Shown here: piece after piece, positions 11,640 to 21,854 of the stretch
Layout: every line of letters starts with the position of its first letter
Position numbering within the stretch: position 1 is the first letter of the stretch
Assembly (NCBI GenBank): GCA_965223665.1
Contig: OZ245011.1
Location: 864,001-928,000 of the forward strand
DNA from: Nitrospinaceae bacterium
Lineage (GTDB): Bacteria > Nitrospinota > Nitrospinia > Nitrospinales > Nitrospinaceae
Length of the DNA: 64,000 nucleotides
Reading direction: 5' to 3'
The notes under the pieces: model-generated
The model's database searches: none
What the model was told of the DNA's origin: nothing
What the model saw: the letters and a program-made list of their open reading frames with translations, nothing else
Translations under genes and position numbers: made by a program

Positions 11640-14144
11640 ATGCTAGATTTACGCAAAAGCGAGTTATTTGACAGCCATTATCAAGGAACAAGCATTGAGG
11701 ATTTAAAGGAATCCATCAATTTCCATTTAAAATATTCTAATGCAAAAGATTGGGAAAAAGCCACCCTGCTTGATAAATATAATAGCATCGCCCTTACGGT
11801 CCGAGATCGTTTAGTTGAACGATGGATCAAAACTCAAGACGCCTATTATGAAAAAGATCCCAAAAGAATCTATTACCTATCAATGGAATTTTTGGTAGGT
11901 CGAGCTTTAAGTAACTATCTAGTAAACTTGGATTTTAAAGATGAATGCTGCAAAGCAATTAGAGAATTGGGGATTAGCTTAGAAGAAATTGAGCAGATTG
12001 ATATTGAAGCTGGTCTGGGAAACGGTGGTTTGGGGAGATTAGCAGCATGTTTTCTAGACTCAATGGCCACCCTGGGGTTAGCGGGTTATGGTTATGGTAT
12101 TAGATACGAATTTGGAATCTTCTATCAAAATATAAAAAATGGCTACCAGGTAGAAACTGCCGATGATTGGTTACGCCAAGGCTATCCCTGGGAAATTCCT
12201 CGCCCGGAACATATTTACCCTGTCCAATTCTATGGAAGAACCATCCATCACACCAATAAAGAAGGGGAAAGTGTTACGGAATGGGTTGATACGCATGACG
12301 ATGTCCTCGCAATGGCCTATGACATCCCTATCCCTGGTTTTCACAATGAAACCGTCAATAACCTTAGGTTGTGGGGCGCACGTTCTACTAGAGAATTTGA
12401 TTTAGGATCATTTAACGAAGGTGATTATATTCAGGCTGTGAGTCGAAAACATGAGTCAGAGACAATTTCAAAAGTTCTTTATCCCAATGATCAAAATATG
12501 AAGGGAAAAGAATTACGCCTAAAGCAGGAATATTTTTTTGTTTCGGCTTCATTACAAGATATTATCCGAAGGTATAAAACTACACACTCAACCTTCGATA
12601 AATTTTCTGAAAAGGTTGCCATTCAATTGAATGACACTCACCCTGCCATTGCCATCCCCGAACTCATGCGAATATTAATCGACATAGAAAAACGTCCATG
12701 GGATGAAGCATGGGAAATTACTGTAAAAACATTTGGATACACAAACCATACTGTATTACCCGAAGCCATGGAAAAATGGTCGGTTGAATTACTAAAACAT
12801 GTCTTGCCGAGACATTTAGAAATCATTTATCAAATCAACCACAAGTTTTTGGAAAAAGTGACCACTATGTATCCACAAAATCCCAGGGTAGTCCAAAGAT
12901 TATCAATTGTGGAAGAAGTCCCGCAAAAATCCATTCGAATGGCAAACCTCGCAATTGTGGGAAGTCATACTGTAAATGGTGTTTCTGAATTGCACTCACA
13001 AATTCTAAAAGATCATGTCCTTAAAGATTTCTATAACGTCTTTCCTAGACGTTTTCAGAATAAAACCAATGGAATAACTCAAAGGTTATGGTTGAAATCA
13101 TGTAATCCTGGTTTAGCTAAATTTATTTCAGAAACTATCGGAGATGAATGGATTACAAATTTATCTCAATTAAAAAAGTTGGAAAATCACTTGGAGGACC
13201 CAAACTTTATTCAAAGATGGAAAAGGATAAAAAGAGACAATAAAATAAGTTTGGCTCAGTTCATTTTAGACACCCAAGGTATCCGCCTGGATCCGGATTT
13301 TCTCTATGACGTTCAGATAAAGCGAATTCATGAATATAAGCGACAACTACTTTTCGCCCTTCATGCTGTGTACCTTTATAACCGCTTCAAATCAATGCCT
13401 CATGTGGATCACCTTCCTCGAGCATTTATTATTGCCGGAAAAGCAGCCCCTGGTTATGAAATGGCAAAGTTGATTATTAAATTAATTAACAGTATTGCTG
13501 AAAAAGTAAACAACGACCCTCAAACCAACTCAAAATTAAAGGTAATTTTTATTCCAAATTATAGTGTGTCCAAGGCCGAGATGATAATTCCAGGCGCAGA
13601 CCTTTCTGAACAAATCTCTACAGCAGGAATGGAAGCATCTGGAACTGGCAATATGAAACTGGCTCTTAATGGTGCTTTAACAATTGGAACTCTTGATGGG
13701 GCTAATATTGAAATAAAAGATCAAGTAGGAGATGACAACATTTTCATTTTCGGTTTAAAGGCCAAAGAAGTAGAAAAGCTTCGTGCGGATGGTTATAATC
13801 CAAAAGATTATTACAATAATAATCTTGAGTTAAAAATGGCTATAGATATGATCAAGGATGGTTATTTTTCACCTGATCACCCCCATTTATTTCATCCCAT
13901 CATCGAATCTTTACTTAACCATGGAGATCATTATATGGTTTTCGCAGATTTTCAAAACTATTGCGATACGCAAAAAAGTGTTGAAGACCTTTATAAACAT
14001 GAAACCCGTTGGACGCAAAAATCTATTTTAAATACCGCGAGAATGGGAAAATTCTCCAGTGATCGAACTATAAAGGAATACTGCAAAGAAATATGGAATG
14101 CGGAGCCTTATAATGATCGAAAGCGGTTCGATGCACTTAAATGA
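11640..14144 (+). CDS. glgP: Glycogen/starch phosphorylase
   Basis: GLGNGGLGRLAACF, QLNDTHP, KRIHEYKRQ, EASGTGNMK. Confidence 0.97.
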   Translation: MLDLRKSELFDSHYQGTSIEDLKESINFHLKYSNAKDWEKATLLDKYNSIALTVRDRLVERWIKTQDAYYEKDPKRIYYLSMEFLVGRALSNYLVNLDFKDECCKAIRELGISLEEIEQIDIEAGLGNGGLGRLAACFLDSMATLGLAGYGYGIRYEFGIFYQNIKNGYQVETADDWLRQGYPWEIPRPEHIYPVQFYGRTIHHTNKEGESVTEWVDTHDDVLAMAYDIPIPGFHNETVNNLRLWGARSTREFDLGSFNEGDYIQAVSRKHESETISKVLYPNDQNMKGKELRLKQEYFFVSASLQDIIRRYKTTHSTFDKFSEKVAIQLNDTHPAIAIPELMRILIDIEKRPWDEAWEITVKTFGYTNHTVLPEAMEKWSVELLKHVLPRHLEIIYQINHKFLEKVTTMYPQNPRVVQRLSIVEEVPQKSIRMANLAIVGSHTVNGVSELHSQILKDHVLKDFYNVFPRRFQNKTNGITQRLWLKSCNPGLAKFISETIGDEWITNLSQLKKLENHLEDPNFIQRWKRIKRDNKISLAQFILDTQGIRLDPDFLYDVQIKRIHEYKRQLLFALHAVYLYNRFKSMPHVDHLPRAFIIAGKAAPGYEMAKLIIKLINSIAEKVNNDPQTNSKLKVIFIPNYSVSKAEMIIPGADLSEQISTAGMEASGTGNMKLALNGALTIGTLDGANIEIKDQVGDDNIFIFGLKAKEVEKLRADGYNPKDYYNNNLELKMAIDMIKDGYFSPDHPHLFHPIIESLLNHGDHYMVFADFQNYCDTQKSVEDLYKHETRWTQKSILNTARMGKFSSDRTIKEYCKEIWNAEPYNDRKRFDALK

Positions 14145-14147
14145 TCC

Positions 14148-14813
14148 ATGTTGGTATTTAAAAAAAATATCTATTTTACCCCTTTAAAGAACTCAAATTT
14201 ATTTACCAAATCTTTTAATGAAAATGAAACCGAATACAGAATCAATGCTTTTAAACTGTTTAAACACATTCTTTCTTCAGAACAAAAGTTAATTGCCGAA
14301 CTTAAAAATATTTTGGCAAAAGATTCCTCTAATAAAATCAATATTGTTTATCCTCACGCCTCTCAATTTGGTACCTTAGACATCATTGAATCAATTTCCA
14401 AAAATCTTTGGAAAGGATTTTTGGATGATCGCACTTGGTATTCTATAAACTCCTATCACTTTTGCTATTTGTACGACTCTCTTTTGGGTTTTGTCGAAGA
14501 ATATAGTTATGAGGATACAGATGTAAGAAAAAAACTGCTTCCTGAGTTAGAGGGTAACCCTATTAATTTCAATCAGTTTTTGAATGAATATTTTTTCAAT
14601 ACTGCCTTTTTGATAGCCGCAGAACGGTATAATAAAATTACTCCTCAAGAAAAGCGATTACTGGGTAAGGTTGACCATGCTTTATTTGGGGCTGTACCTC
14701 CCAATGAACCTTTGTCCATTGAGTCAGATCCTTGCCTGGAAAAAGTTATCAATCGCAAACCTCCCATAGCCACCGAAATCACCCTAACTCCTTTGACAGG
14801 CTCACCATATTAA
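14148..14813 (+). CDS. Hypothetical protein, paralog of 14922..15533
   Basis: Shared motifs MLVFK.NIY, WY..N.YHFC.LYD, LPEL.G.PI.F. Confidence 0.75.
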   Translation: MLVFKKNIYFTPLKNSNLFTKSFNENETEYRINAFKLFKHILSSEQKLIAELKNILAKDSSNKINIVYPHASQFGTLDIIESISKNLWKGFLDDRTWYSINSYHFCYLYDSLLGFVEEYSYEDTDVRKKLLPELEGNPINFNQFLNEYFFNTAFLIAAERYNKITPQEKRLLGKVDHALFGAVPPNEPLSIESDPCLEKVINRKPPIATEITLTPLTGSPY

Positions 14814-14921
14814 TCATGGTTCACTAATTTACCTAAAATATACTTGTTAAGTTTTTTCTTTCCTTGATCGTCTGGTTATACAGTGATAATTTATAGAAAA
14901 AATTGAGGGGAAAAGAGACTT

Positions 14922-15533
14922 ATGCTTGTTTTTAAAAATAATATCTATGAACCCAAAGGATCCACGGCAAGGTTTTTTCCAACTGGAAAGGAAGCTTCAT
15001 TTTTTGACCCGTATCAATTTATTCACAATTCCCTTATTGAAGATCTTTCCCTCTTTACTTTCATAGAAAAACAACCTGAAATTTTTCGCAAAGATGACAT
15101 TATCAGTTTTTTTCCTTCCTCACACAAATGCATCAATTGGCCTATCCTCAACAAAATAATTCGAATATTGATCGAAGGCCTCAAATGCAAAAAACATTGG
15201 TACCATATGAATACTTATCACTTTTGCATTTTATATGATGTATTAAAGAGAAATGCTTTTAATTACAATCATGATTGTTTAGAAGAAAAAATTTTGTTTT
15301 TACCTGAACTGGGGGGCGAACCCATTCAGTTTGATGCATTTATGGAAGATTATTTTTTTAATCGGTTTTTTTTAATGGATCCGGATGAATTCAACTCTCT
15401 CTCCTCAGAAGACAAATTAAATAAAGGCTTTTCTTGCCCATGTCAATTTGGTGTCATAAATGGATTAATACCTAATAATGAGGAAATGACACTTAAACAA
15501 TCTAAAGACTATCCTTACACTATAGTGGTTTAA
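14922..15533 (+). CDS. Hypothetical protein, paralog of 14148..14813
   Basis: Same motif series as the upstream ORF. Confidence 0.75.
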   Translation: MLVFKNNIYEPKGSTARFFPTGKEASFFDPYQFIHNSLIEDLSLFTFIEKQPEIFRKDDIISFFPSSHKCINWPILNKIIRILIEGLKCKKHWYHMNTYHFCILYDVLKRNAFNYNHDCLEEKILFLPELGGEPIQFDAFMEDYFFNRFFLMDPDEFNSLSSEDKLNKGFSCPCQFGVINGLIPNNEEMTLKQSKDYPYTIVV

Positions 15534-15577
15534 TTAACCCATCGAACCATTATCTTGAACCTATTTAGGAAATTAAA

Positions 15578-17128
15578 TTGCAAAAAATTGTGACTGCAAA
15601 AGAGATGCAGGCTATCGACCACCACGCAATAAAAGAACTTGGGATTCCTGGAATTCTTCTAATGGAAAATGCTGGGAGAAGCATTGTTGAGCTTATGAAG
15701 AAAACTATTCCAGAATTAAATGAAAAAAAAGTTTTAGTTGTAGCAGGGAAAGGAAATAATGGAGGCGATGGTTTTGTCATAGCTAGACATCTTCATAACA
15801 TTGGGGTTTCAGTCTCCGTCTGGCTTATAGGTAAACGAAGTCAGTTAAAGGGGGACGCAAAAACCAATTCCATCATAGCATTTAACCAAAAAATACCGAT
15901 TTTTGAAATTAATGAAAAAAATTTTAACTCTAAAAATCATTCTTTAAGTCATTCAAATGTAGTAGTGGATGCTATTTTTGGAACGGGTTTGACAAAGCGT
16001 GTTTCCGGTTTTTATGAAAAAATTATTAAAAAAATAAATTCCTCAAAAAAGTTTGTCGTATCGGTGGATATTCCCTCTGGAATAGACTCCGACTCAGGAG
16101 AATTGATTGGACCCTGCATTAAATCTAACTTGACGGCGGCTTTAGCTTTTCCTAAAAGAAGTCATTTATTGTATCCAGCCGCAGAGCAGATGGGAAAAAT
16201 TGAAATACTGGATATATCTATCCCACAAAATATAGAAATCTCCAATTTTAAATCCGTTAACCTAATAGAGTCTTCAGACATTAAACCTCTTTTTCCTAGT
16301 AGAGCGCCAAATACTCATAAGGGAAGTTATGGCCATGTTTTAGTAGTTGGTGGCTCCAGGGGCAAAGGAGGAGCTGCAGGGATGACAGGTTTGGCCGCAC
16401 TTCGAATAGGAGCTGGATTAGTTACTCTTGCAATTCCAGAATCATGTTATTCCTCTTTGGAATTCAACCCACTAGAAACAATGTCCATATCACTTCCAGA
16501 AACTAAATCTGGAAGCATCTCATTAAAGGCAATGGATATTTTATTAAAAGAAATTCAGAATAAAGAGGCGTTAGCAATTGGACCGGGTCTTTCCACTCAT
16601 GAAGAAGTCATAAAATGTATCGACACATTTTTACCCCAGGTTCCTTGCCCAATTATTTTGGATGCAGATGGGCTTAACTCCTTGGCCAAAATCCCCAAAT
16701 TATTAGAAAGAATTAATGTTCCTACTATTCTCACACCTCATCTCAGAGAGTTTTCTCGAATAGTGGGAAAACCTCTAAAAAATATTATTAAAAATCGATT
16801 TAACGAGGCAACCGAATTTGCCCAACATAACGGGGTTATAATAATTTTAAAAGGAGCTAATAGTATTGTTGCTTTACCAAATGGAGAATTATTAATTAAC
16901 CCCACAGGAAATCCTGGATTAGCCAAGGCTGGTTCCGGTGATATTCTTACCGGTATGATTGCAGGATTAACGGCCCAAAAATTTTCCCCAAAAGACGCTT
17001 CCATGGCAGGAGTTTACCTTCATGGTTTGGCAGGAGATTTTTATAAGCAAAATTTTAACGAAAACACACTAATCGCAAGTGACCTATTGCAATTTCTTCC
17101 AAAAGTTATTAACAGTCTAAATGCATAA
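15578..17128 (+). CDS. nnr: Bifunctional NAD(P)H-hydrate epimerase/dehydratase
   Basis: LMENAG, GKGNNGGDG, HKGSYG, LTPH.REF, AGSGDILTG. Confidence 0.93.
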   Translation: MQKIVTAKEMQAIDHHAIKELGIPGILLMENAGRSIVELMKKTIPELNEKKVLVVAGKGNNGGDGFVIARHLHNIGVSVSVWLIGKRSQLKGDAKTNSIIAFNQKIPIFEINEKNFNSKNHSLSHSNVVVDAIFGTGLTKRVSGFYEKIIKKINSSKKFVVSVDIPSGIDSDSGELIGPCIKSNLTAALAFPKRSHLLYPAAEQMGKIEILDISIPQNIEISNFKSVNLIESSDIKPLFPSRAPNTHKGSYGHVLVVGGSRGKGGAAGMTGLAALRIGAGLVTLAIPESCYSSLEFNPLETMSISLPETKSGSISLKAMDILLKEIQNKEALAIGPGLSTHEEVIKCIDTFLPQVPCPIILDADGLNSLAKIPKLLERINVPTILTPHLREFSRIVGKPLKNIIKNRFNEATEFAQHNGVIIILKGANSIVALPNGELLINPTGNPGLAKAGSGDILTGMIAGLTAQKFSPKDASMAGVYLHGLAGDFYKQNFNENTLIASDLLQFLPKVINSLNA

Positions 17129-17130
17129 AA

Positions 17131-17613
17131 ATGATTTTCATAACCTCAGATCCCGAACAAACCATAAATTTGGGAGAAAAAATAGGAAAACATTTAATTT
17201 TTGGGGATGTTCTTCTTTTAATTGGAGATTTGGGTGCAGGAAAAACAACATTAGTTCAAGGAATTTGCAAAGGATTAGATGTCAAATCTAAGGAATATGT
17301 TAGAAGTCCCACTTTTACCTTAGTTAATGAATATCAAGGAAAATATCAGATATTTCATATCGATCTCTATCGTACCGAAACAACTGGAGACATAGAAAAC
17401 CTGGGTTTAGAGGAATTTCTAAATGGAAAAGGAGTATGTCTGGTTGAATGGGCAGAAAAGCTATTGTCAACTGAACCAAAAAGTTTAGAATCCATTACAA
17501 ATCATAGTTGGATAAAAATTCAACTAAGTTTTGAACCCGAGGATAAAAGAAAAATTACCATCTCCCCCAGCAATTTCCTTCCCAAATCCCACCCGATTTT
17601 CACTTTACATTAG
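17131..17613 (+). CDS. tsaE: tRNA threonylcarbamoyladenosine biosynthesis ATPase
   Basis: GDLGAGKTT, SPTFTLV, HIDLYR, VEW. Confidence 0.95.
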   Translation: MIFITSDPEQTINLGEKIGKHLIFGDVLLLIGDLGAGKTTLVQGICKGLDVKSKEYVRSPTFTLVNEYQGKYQIFHIDLYRTETTGDIENLGLEEFLNGKGVCLVEWAEKLLSTEPKSLESITNHSWIKIQLSFEPEDKRKITISPSNFLPKSHPIFTLH

Positions 17614-17640
17614 ATGTATATTATGGCATCATTTTAAATT

Positions 17641-17656
17641 TGGTATGGCCTTTGCA
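17641..17656 (+). promoter_or_regulatory. Putative sigma-54 (-24/-12) promoter
   Basis: TGGTATG-GCCT-TTGCA fits TGGYAYR-N4-TTGCW with exact spacing and ends 23 nt before the lptC ATG. Confidence 0.55.
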
Positions 17657-17679
17657 TATCCCAACCTCGTTTTTAAATT

Positions 17680-18105
17680 ATGCATATAAAAATCAGGTTA
17701 TTTATTTTGATTTTAATTGTAATCCTTTCGGGTTTTTTCTGGACAAGTTTCCAGAACGATACTTCTAAAGAAGAAATCCCCAAAATATCCACAAGTCAAA
17801 TTGAATCGAAAGCAGATATTGAAATAAAAAACTTTAATGTAAAGCATGAGGTTTTAGGTCAGAAAGATTGGGAAATAAAGGCTAATCATGCGGAAATTGA
17901 TAATGAAAATCATGAGATAAAACTAAAGGAAGTCGAAGTGACTCTTACTATGAATGAAAACCAAAAATCAGTTATCTCTGCATCTACTGGAACTATTAAT
18001 AATGCGACTCGAGACGTTGAATTGAATGGAAATGTTCACTTCGTTACGGATGCTGATAGCCTTTTTAGTCAATTGGCAAATAATAAAAATTCCAAGGTTC
18101 AATAA
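17680..18105 (+). CDS. lptC: LPS export protein LptC
   Basis: N-terminal TM helix, W.I.A..A and L.GNV beta-jellyroll motifs, position before lptA/lptB. Confidence 0.75.
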   Translation: MHIKIRLFILILIVILSGFFWTSFQNDTSKEEIPKISTSQIESKADIEIKNFNVKHEVLGQKDWEIKANHAEIDNENHEIKLKEVEVTLTMNENQKSVISASTGTINNATRDVELNGNVHFVTDADSLFSQLANNKNSKVQ

Positions 18106-18117
18106 ACAATTAAAGTA

Positions 18118-18720
18118 ATGATCTATCCCTATTTAAAAATTCTTAGATTAAAATATTTCATTTATCTTTGGTGTGTTATTTTCGTTCTATTTCCAAAGCT
18201 TGGATTTTCACAACCCTCCCTTAATTCCAAGGATAAACAAGACCCAATTGAAATCACTTCCGAACGCATGCGGTCTGAAAATAATGGACACAAAATAATA
18301 TTTTCGGGAAATGTTAAAAGCATTTGGGGCGATCTTGAAATGAATTCTGATGTCTTAGAAATATACTCACAGGGAACAGCGGACGAATCAAAACCCAAAA
18401 ATAAAAAGTTCACAGAGGGGCAGGAACTGGACGAAATCATTGCCATTGGTTCAGTAAAAATCACAAAAGGTGATAGGCGGGCGGAAGGAGATCGAGCTAT
18501 CTATTATGATAAGCAACAGAAAATAATTTTAACCGGCAAACCCTATGCTACTGCTTGGGAGGGAAAAAATATTATCAAGGGACGTGAGATGATTTTCTTT
18601 TTAGAAAAAGATCGCTTTGACGTCAATAAGCGCGTTCGCCTGACCCTTTTCCCCAAAAGTCAGAAAAACTCAAAAAAAAGTCGAGTTAGTTTAAAGGACC
18701 CGGCAAAAAATACGAACTGA
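18118..18720 (+). CDS. lptA: LPS export periplasmic protein LptA
   Basis: PIEITS, FSGNV, A.G.V.I, LTG.P OstA-family motifs; synteny. Confidence 0.85.
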   Translation: MIYPYLKILRLKYFIYLWCVIFVLFPKLGFSQPSLNSKDKQDPIEITSERMRSENNGHKIIFSGNVKSIWGDLEMNSDVLEIYSQGTADESKPKNKKFTEGQELDEIIAIGSVKITKGDRRAEGDRAIYYDKQQKIILTGKPYATAWEGKNIIKGREMIFFLEKDRFDVNKRVRLTLFPKSQKNSKKSRVSLKDPAKNTN

Positions 18721-19446
18721 ATGAAAAAACAATTAAATACAAAAGGGTTAGTTAAAGCCTATCGAAATCGTAGGGTGGTCAATCAAATTAGTTTAGAGGT
18801 AAACCAGGGAGAAGTGGTTGGATTATTAGGTCCTAATGGAGCTGGAAAAACAACTACTTTTTATATGGTGGTTGGCCTTACCCGTCCAGATCAAGGACAA
18901 GTTTTGTTGAATAAGGAAGATTTAACCTCTTATCCTATGTATATGAGAGCAAAAAAGGGGATTAGTTATCTTCCCCAGGAACCGTCGGTATTTCGAAAAC
19001 TGTCAGTTGAGGAAAATTTATTGGCTGTTTTAGAATCTCAAAATCTACCTTATCCTGAAAGAAAGAAACAAGCAAAAGCGTTGTTAAAAGAATTTAACAT
19101 TTTGCATATAAAAGACTCTAAGGGCTTTTCCCTTTCAGGAGGTGAACGTCGGCGAGTGGAAATCAGTAGAGCTTTAGCAACTTCACCAATTTTTATTTTA
19201 TTGGATGAGCCATTTGCCGGTATAGACCCTATCGCGGTCTCGGATATCCAGGATATTGTGAGACAATTGAAGCAAAAGGGAATTGGGGTTTTAATTACAG
19301 ATCATAATGTTCGGGAAACTTTAAGTATTACAGACCGCGCATATATAATTAGCGAAGGAAAAATTGTTTCTTCGGGATTACCTAAAGACGTGGCCAAAGA
19401 TGAGAAAGTTAAAGAAGTCTATTTAGGTGAACAGTTTACTTTTTAA
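18721..19446 (+). CDS. lptB: LPS export ABC ATPase
   Basis: [39 protein letters not shown]. Confidence 0.97.
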   Translation: MKKQLNTKGLVKAYRNRRVVNQISLEVNQGEVVGLLGPNGAGKTTTFYMVVGLTRPDQGQVLLNKEDLTSYPMYMRAKKGISYLPQEPSVFRKLSVEENLLAVLESQNLPYPERKKQAKALLKEFNILHIKDSKGFSLSGGERRRVEISRALATSPIFILLDEPFAGIDPIAVSDIQDIVRQLKQKGIGVLITDHNVRETLSITDRAYIISEGKIVSSGLPKDVAKDEKVKEVYLGEQFTF

Positions 19447-19465
19447 AATAAAGGAACGCTAAATT

Positions 19466-20917
19466 ATGGCAATGGAGATGAAACTAAATATAAAAATGGC
19501 CCAAAAGTTGGTCATGACTCCTATGCTACAGCAAGCCATCAAGCTTCTACCCTTAGCTCGGTTGGAGCTAGCGTCCCTGGTTAGGCAAGAAATGGTAGAA
19601 AATCCAGTATTGGAAGAAATATTAGAAGATGAACAGGAATTAAAGCAAGAAAACGAAAATGATGATTCCAATTCTGAAAAAAACGATACATTAGATAAAA
19701 GCTTGGATGAGCCCATCGCCGACAACTCAGAAAACCCAGTGGAACAAGAAACCGACTGGGATAATTATTTACAAGATAATATTGACCGAGGGGTTTCTGC
19801 AGATAGTTTAATTGAACGTCCCAGTATTGAAGCTACCTATAACAAAGAACCCTCCCTATCCGACCATCTTTTTTGGCAACTAAACCTTTCTTTGAATACC
19901 GACAAGGAAAAATATATTGGCTCTTTTATAATTGGCAATATCCAAAATGACGGCTATTTTACGGGAGATGTGTCTGAAATTTCACAGGCTTGCCAAACAA
20001 CAGAAGAAGAAGTTTTAAAAGTTTTAAAAACTATCCAATCCTTTGAACCTATTGGAGTTGGTGCCAGAAGTTTAAAAGAATGCCTCCTAGCTCAGGCCAA
20101 GGCATTCCCTGAACCGGATTCTCTGGTGGAAACATTAATTGAAAACCATTTGGAAAAACTAGAGGACCGATATATACCCAAAATTTCTTCACAATTAAAA
20201 TTGCCACTGGAAGATATAGTAAATGCTGTAAAGAAAATAAAAGGATTAAATCCTAAACCGGGGCTTTTATTTAACTCCGAGAGTTTTGATTATGTCATTC
20301 CCGATTTAGTAGTTATTCGAACAGAAGAAGGGTACGATGTCCTTCTGAATGATGAGGGAATTCCTAAGCTTCGTATTAGCTCTTATTACCATGATTTGTT
20401 AAAAAGTACTTGCGAAAATCAAACAAAAGAATATTTAGAATCTAAGTACCGGTCAGCCCTTTGGTTAATAAAAAGTATCGATCAGCGTAGACAGACAATT
20501 TATAAAGTAGGAAAAAGTATTGTAAAACTTCAAAATGAGTTTTTGGAAAAAGGGCTTTCTTATTTAAAACCTATGGTATTAAAAGATGTTGCGCAAGATA
20601 TTGAAATGCATGAGTCAACTGTTAGCAGAATTACCACAAATAAATACATAGACACCCCCCAGGGTATATTTGAACTAAAATTCTTTTTTCACAGCGGAGT
20701 AAAGTCTTTTGTAGGAAATAATAATTTATCGTCCATAAGGGTAAAAAGTATGATAAAGGAAATTGTTTCCGAAGAAGATCCTCAAAAACCTTTAACTGAT
20801 GATGAAATGGTTGAAGTTTTAATGAAAAGAAATGCCAAAATTGCTCGTAGGACTGTTACAAAGTATAGAAAAGAATTAAACATACCACCCACAAATAAAA
20901 GAAAAAAATTTTATTGA
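19466..20917 (+). CDS. rpoN: RNA polymerase sigma-54 factor
   Basis: MTP.LQQAIKLL, HESTVSR, RpoN box ARRTVTKYR. Confidence 0.97.
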   Translation: MAMEMKLNIKMAQKLVMTPMLQQAIKLLPLARLELASLVRQEMVENPVLEEILEDEQELKQENENDDSNSEKNDTLDKSLDEPIADNSENPVEQETDWDNYLQDNIDRGVSADSLIERPSIEATYNKEPSLSDHLFWQLNLSLNTDKEKYIGSFIIGNIQNDGYFTGDVSEISQACQTTEEEVLKVLKTIQSFEPIGVGARSLKECLLAQAKAFPEPDSLVETLIENHLEKLEDRYIPKISSQLKLPLEDIVNAVKKIKGLNPKPGLLFNSESFDYVIPDLVVIRTEEGYDVLLNDEGIPKLRISSYYHDLLKSTCENQTKEYLESKYRSALWLIKSIDQRRQTIYKVGKSIVKLQNEFLEKGLSYLKPMVLKDVAQDIEMHESTVSRITTNKYIDTPQGIFELKFFFHSGVKSFVGNNNLSSIRVKSMIKEIVSEEDPQKPLTDDEMVEVLMKRNAKIARRTVTKYRKELNIPPTNKRKKFY

Positions 20918-20996
20918 TAGAACTTCGCGTTCTTAGTATCGTTAACTCTAAAAGCATTGATCCAAGGAACAATCCAGGTTGTGAGGAGAATCAATC

Positions 20997-21332
20997 ATGA
21001 AATTAACTGTCACAGGTAGAAAAGTAAAAATCACGCAAGGAATCGAAGATCATCTCAATAAAAAGCTAGAGAAAGCGTTGGCAAATATTAATGATGCCGC
21101 AGATGTCCACATTGCTTTGGCTGTGGAAAAACATCGACATTTTGCTGAAATTACTATCAAAACCAAAGGGTTTTCTGTTCATAGTGAATCCGAAACCGAA
21201 GATCTATATACAGCCATGGATCAAGCAGTAGATAAAATTGAGAAGCAATTACGAAAGCATAAAGACCGAGCGAAAAGTAAACAAATCAAGCAGAGTGTTG
21301 CGGAAAAAGAAAAACAAGTTGGCCTAAGCTAA
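20997..21332 (+). CDS. hpf: Ribosome hibernation promoting factor (short form)
   Basis: DLY.A.D.AVDK.EKQL.K.K motif; follows rpoN. Confidence 0.92.
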   Translation: MKLTVTGRKVKITQGIEDHLNKKLEKALANINDAADVHIALAVEKHRHFAEITIKTKGFSVHSESETEDLYTAMDQAVDKIEKQLRKHKDRAKSKQIKQSVAEKEKQVGLS

Positions 21333-21369
21333 AATTATTTATAGTGATTTTTGAAGTGATTTTATTTCC

Positions 21370-21834
21370 ATGAAATTAAGTGAAATTCTAAAGGAGGATT
21401 TTATTATCCCCAATTTAACTGCTAAAACCAAATCAGAAACTATTTCTGAACTTTGCCAGTTTTTAGAAAAAAAAGGAGTTATCAACGACAGCGAAAAATT
21501 TAAAAATGCCCTTCTAGAAAGAGAAAAACTGGGCAGTACAGGAATTGGAGATAACGTTGCCATCCCTCATGCAAAAATCAGCGAAATAAACGCTATCAAT
21601 ATTTTATTTGCTCGCTCCATTGAGGGCATTTCCTATGAAGCTCTAGATAAAAAACCCGTTCATTTTGTTTTCCTATTATTGGCTCCATCTGACAGCACGA
21701 ATTTACATTTAAAAGCATTAGCACGAATTGCCCGTGTTCTTCAAAATGAAGAATTAAGAAATCAAATTCTTGTCGCCAATGACGGGCCAGTTATTTATTC
21801 AAAACTTTTAGAGGAAGATTCTAAAATTGATTAG
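21370..21834 (+). CDS. ptsN: PTS EIIA (Ntr-type)
   Basis: REKLGSTGIG..VAIPH phospho-His motif, HLKALARIAR. Confidence 0.9.
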   Translation: MKLSEILKEDFIIPNLTAKTKSETISELCQFLEKKGVINDSEKFKNALLEREKLGSTGIGDNVAIPHAKISEINAINILFARSIEGISYEALDKKPVHFVFLLLAPSDSTNLHLKALARIARVLQNEELRNQILVANDGPVIYSKLLEEDSKID

Positions 21835-21854
21835 CCCATTCCAAACACTCGTAG

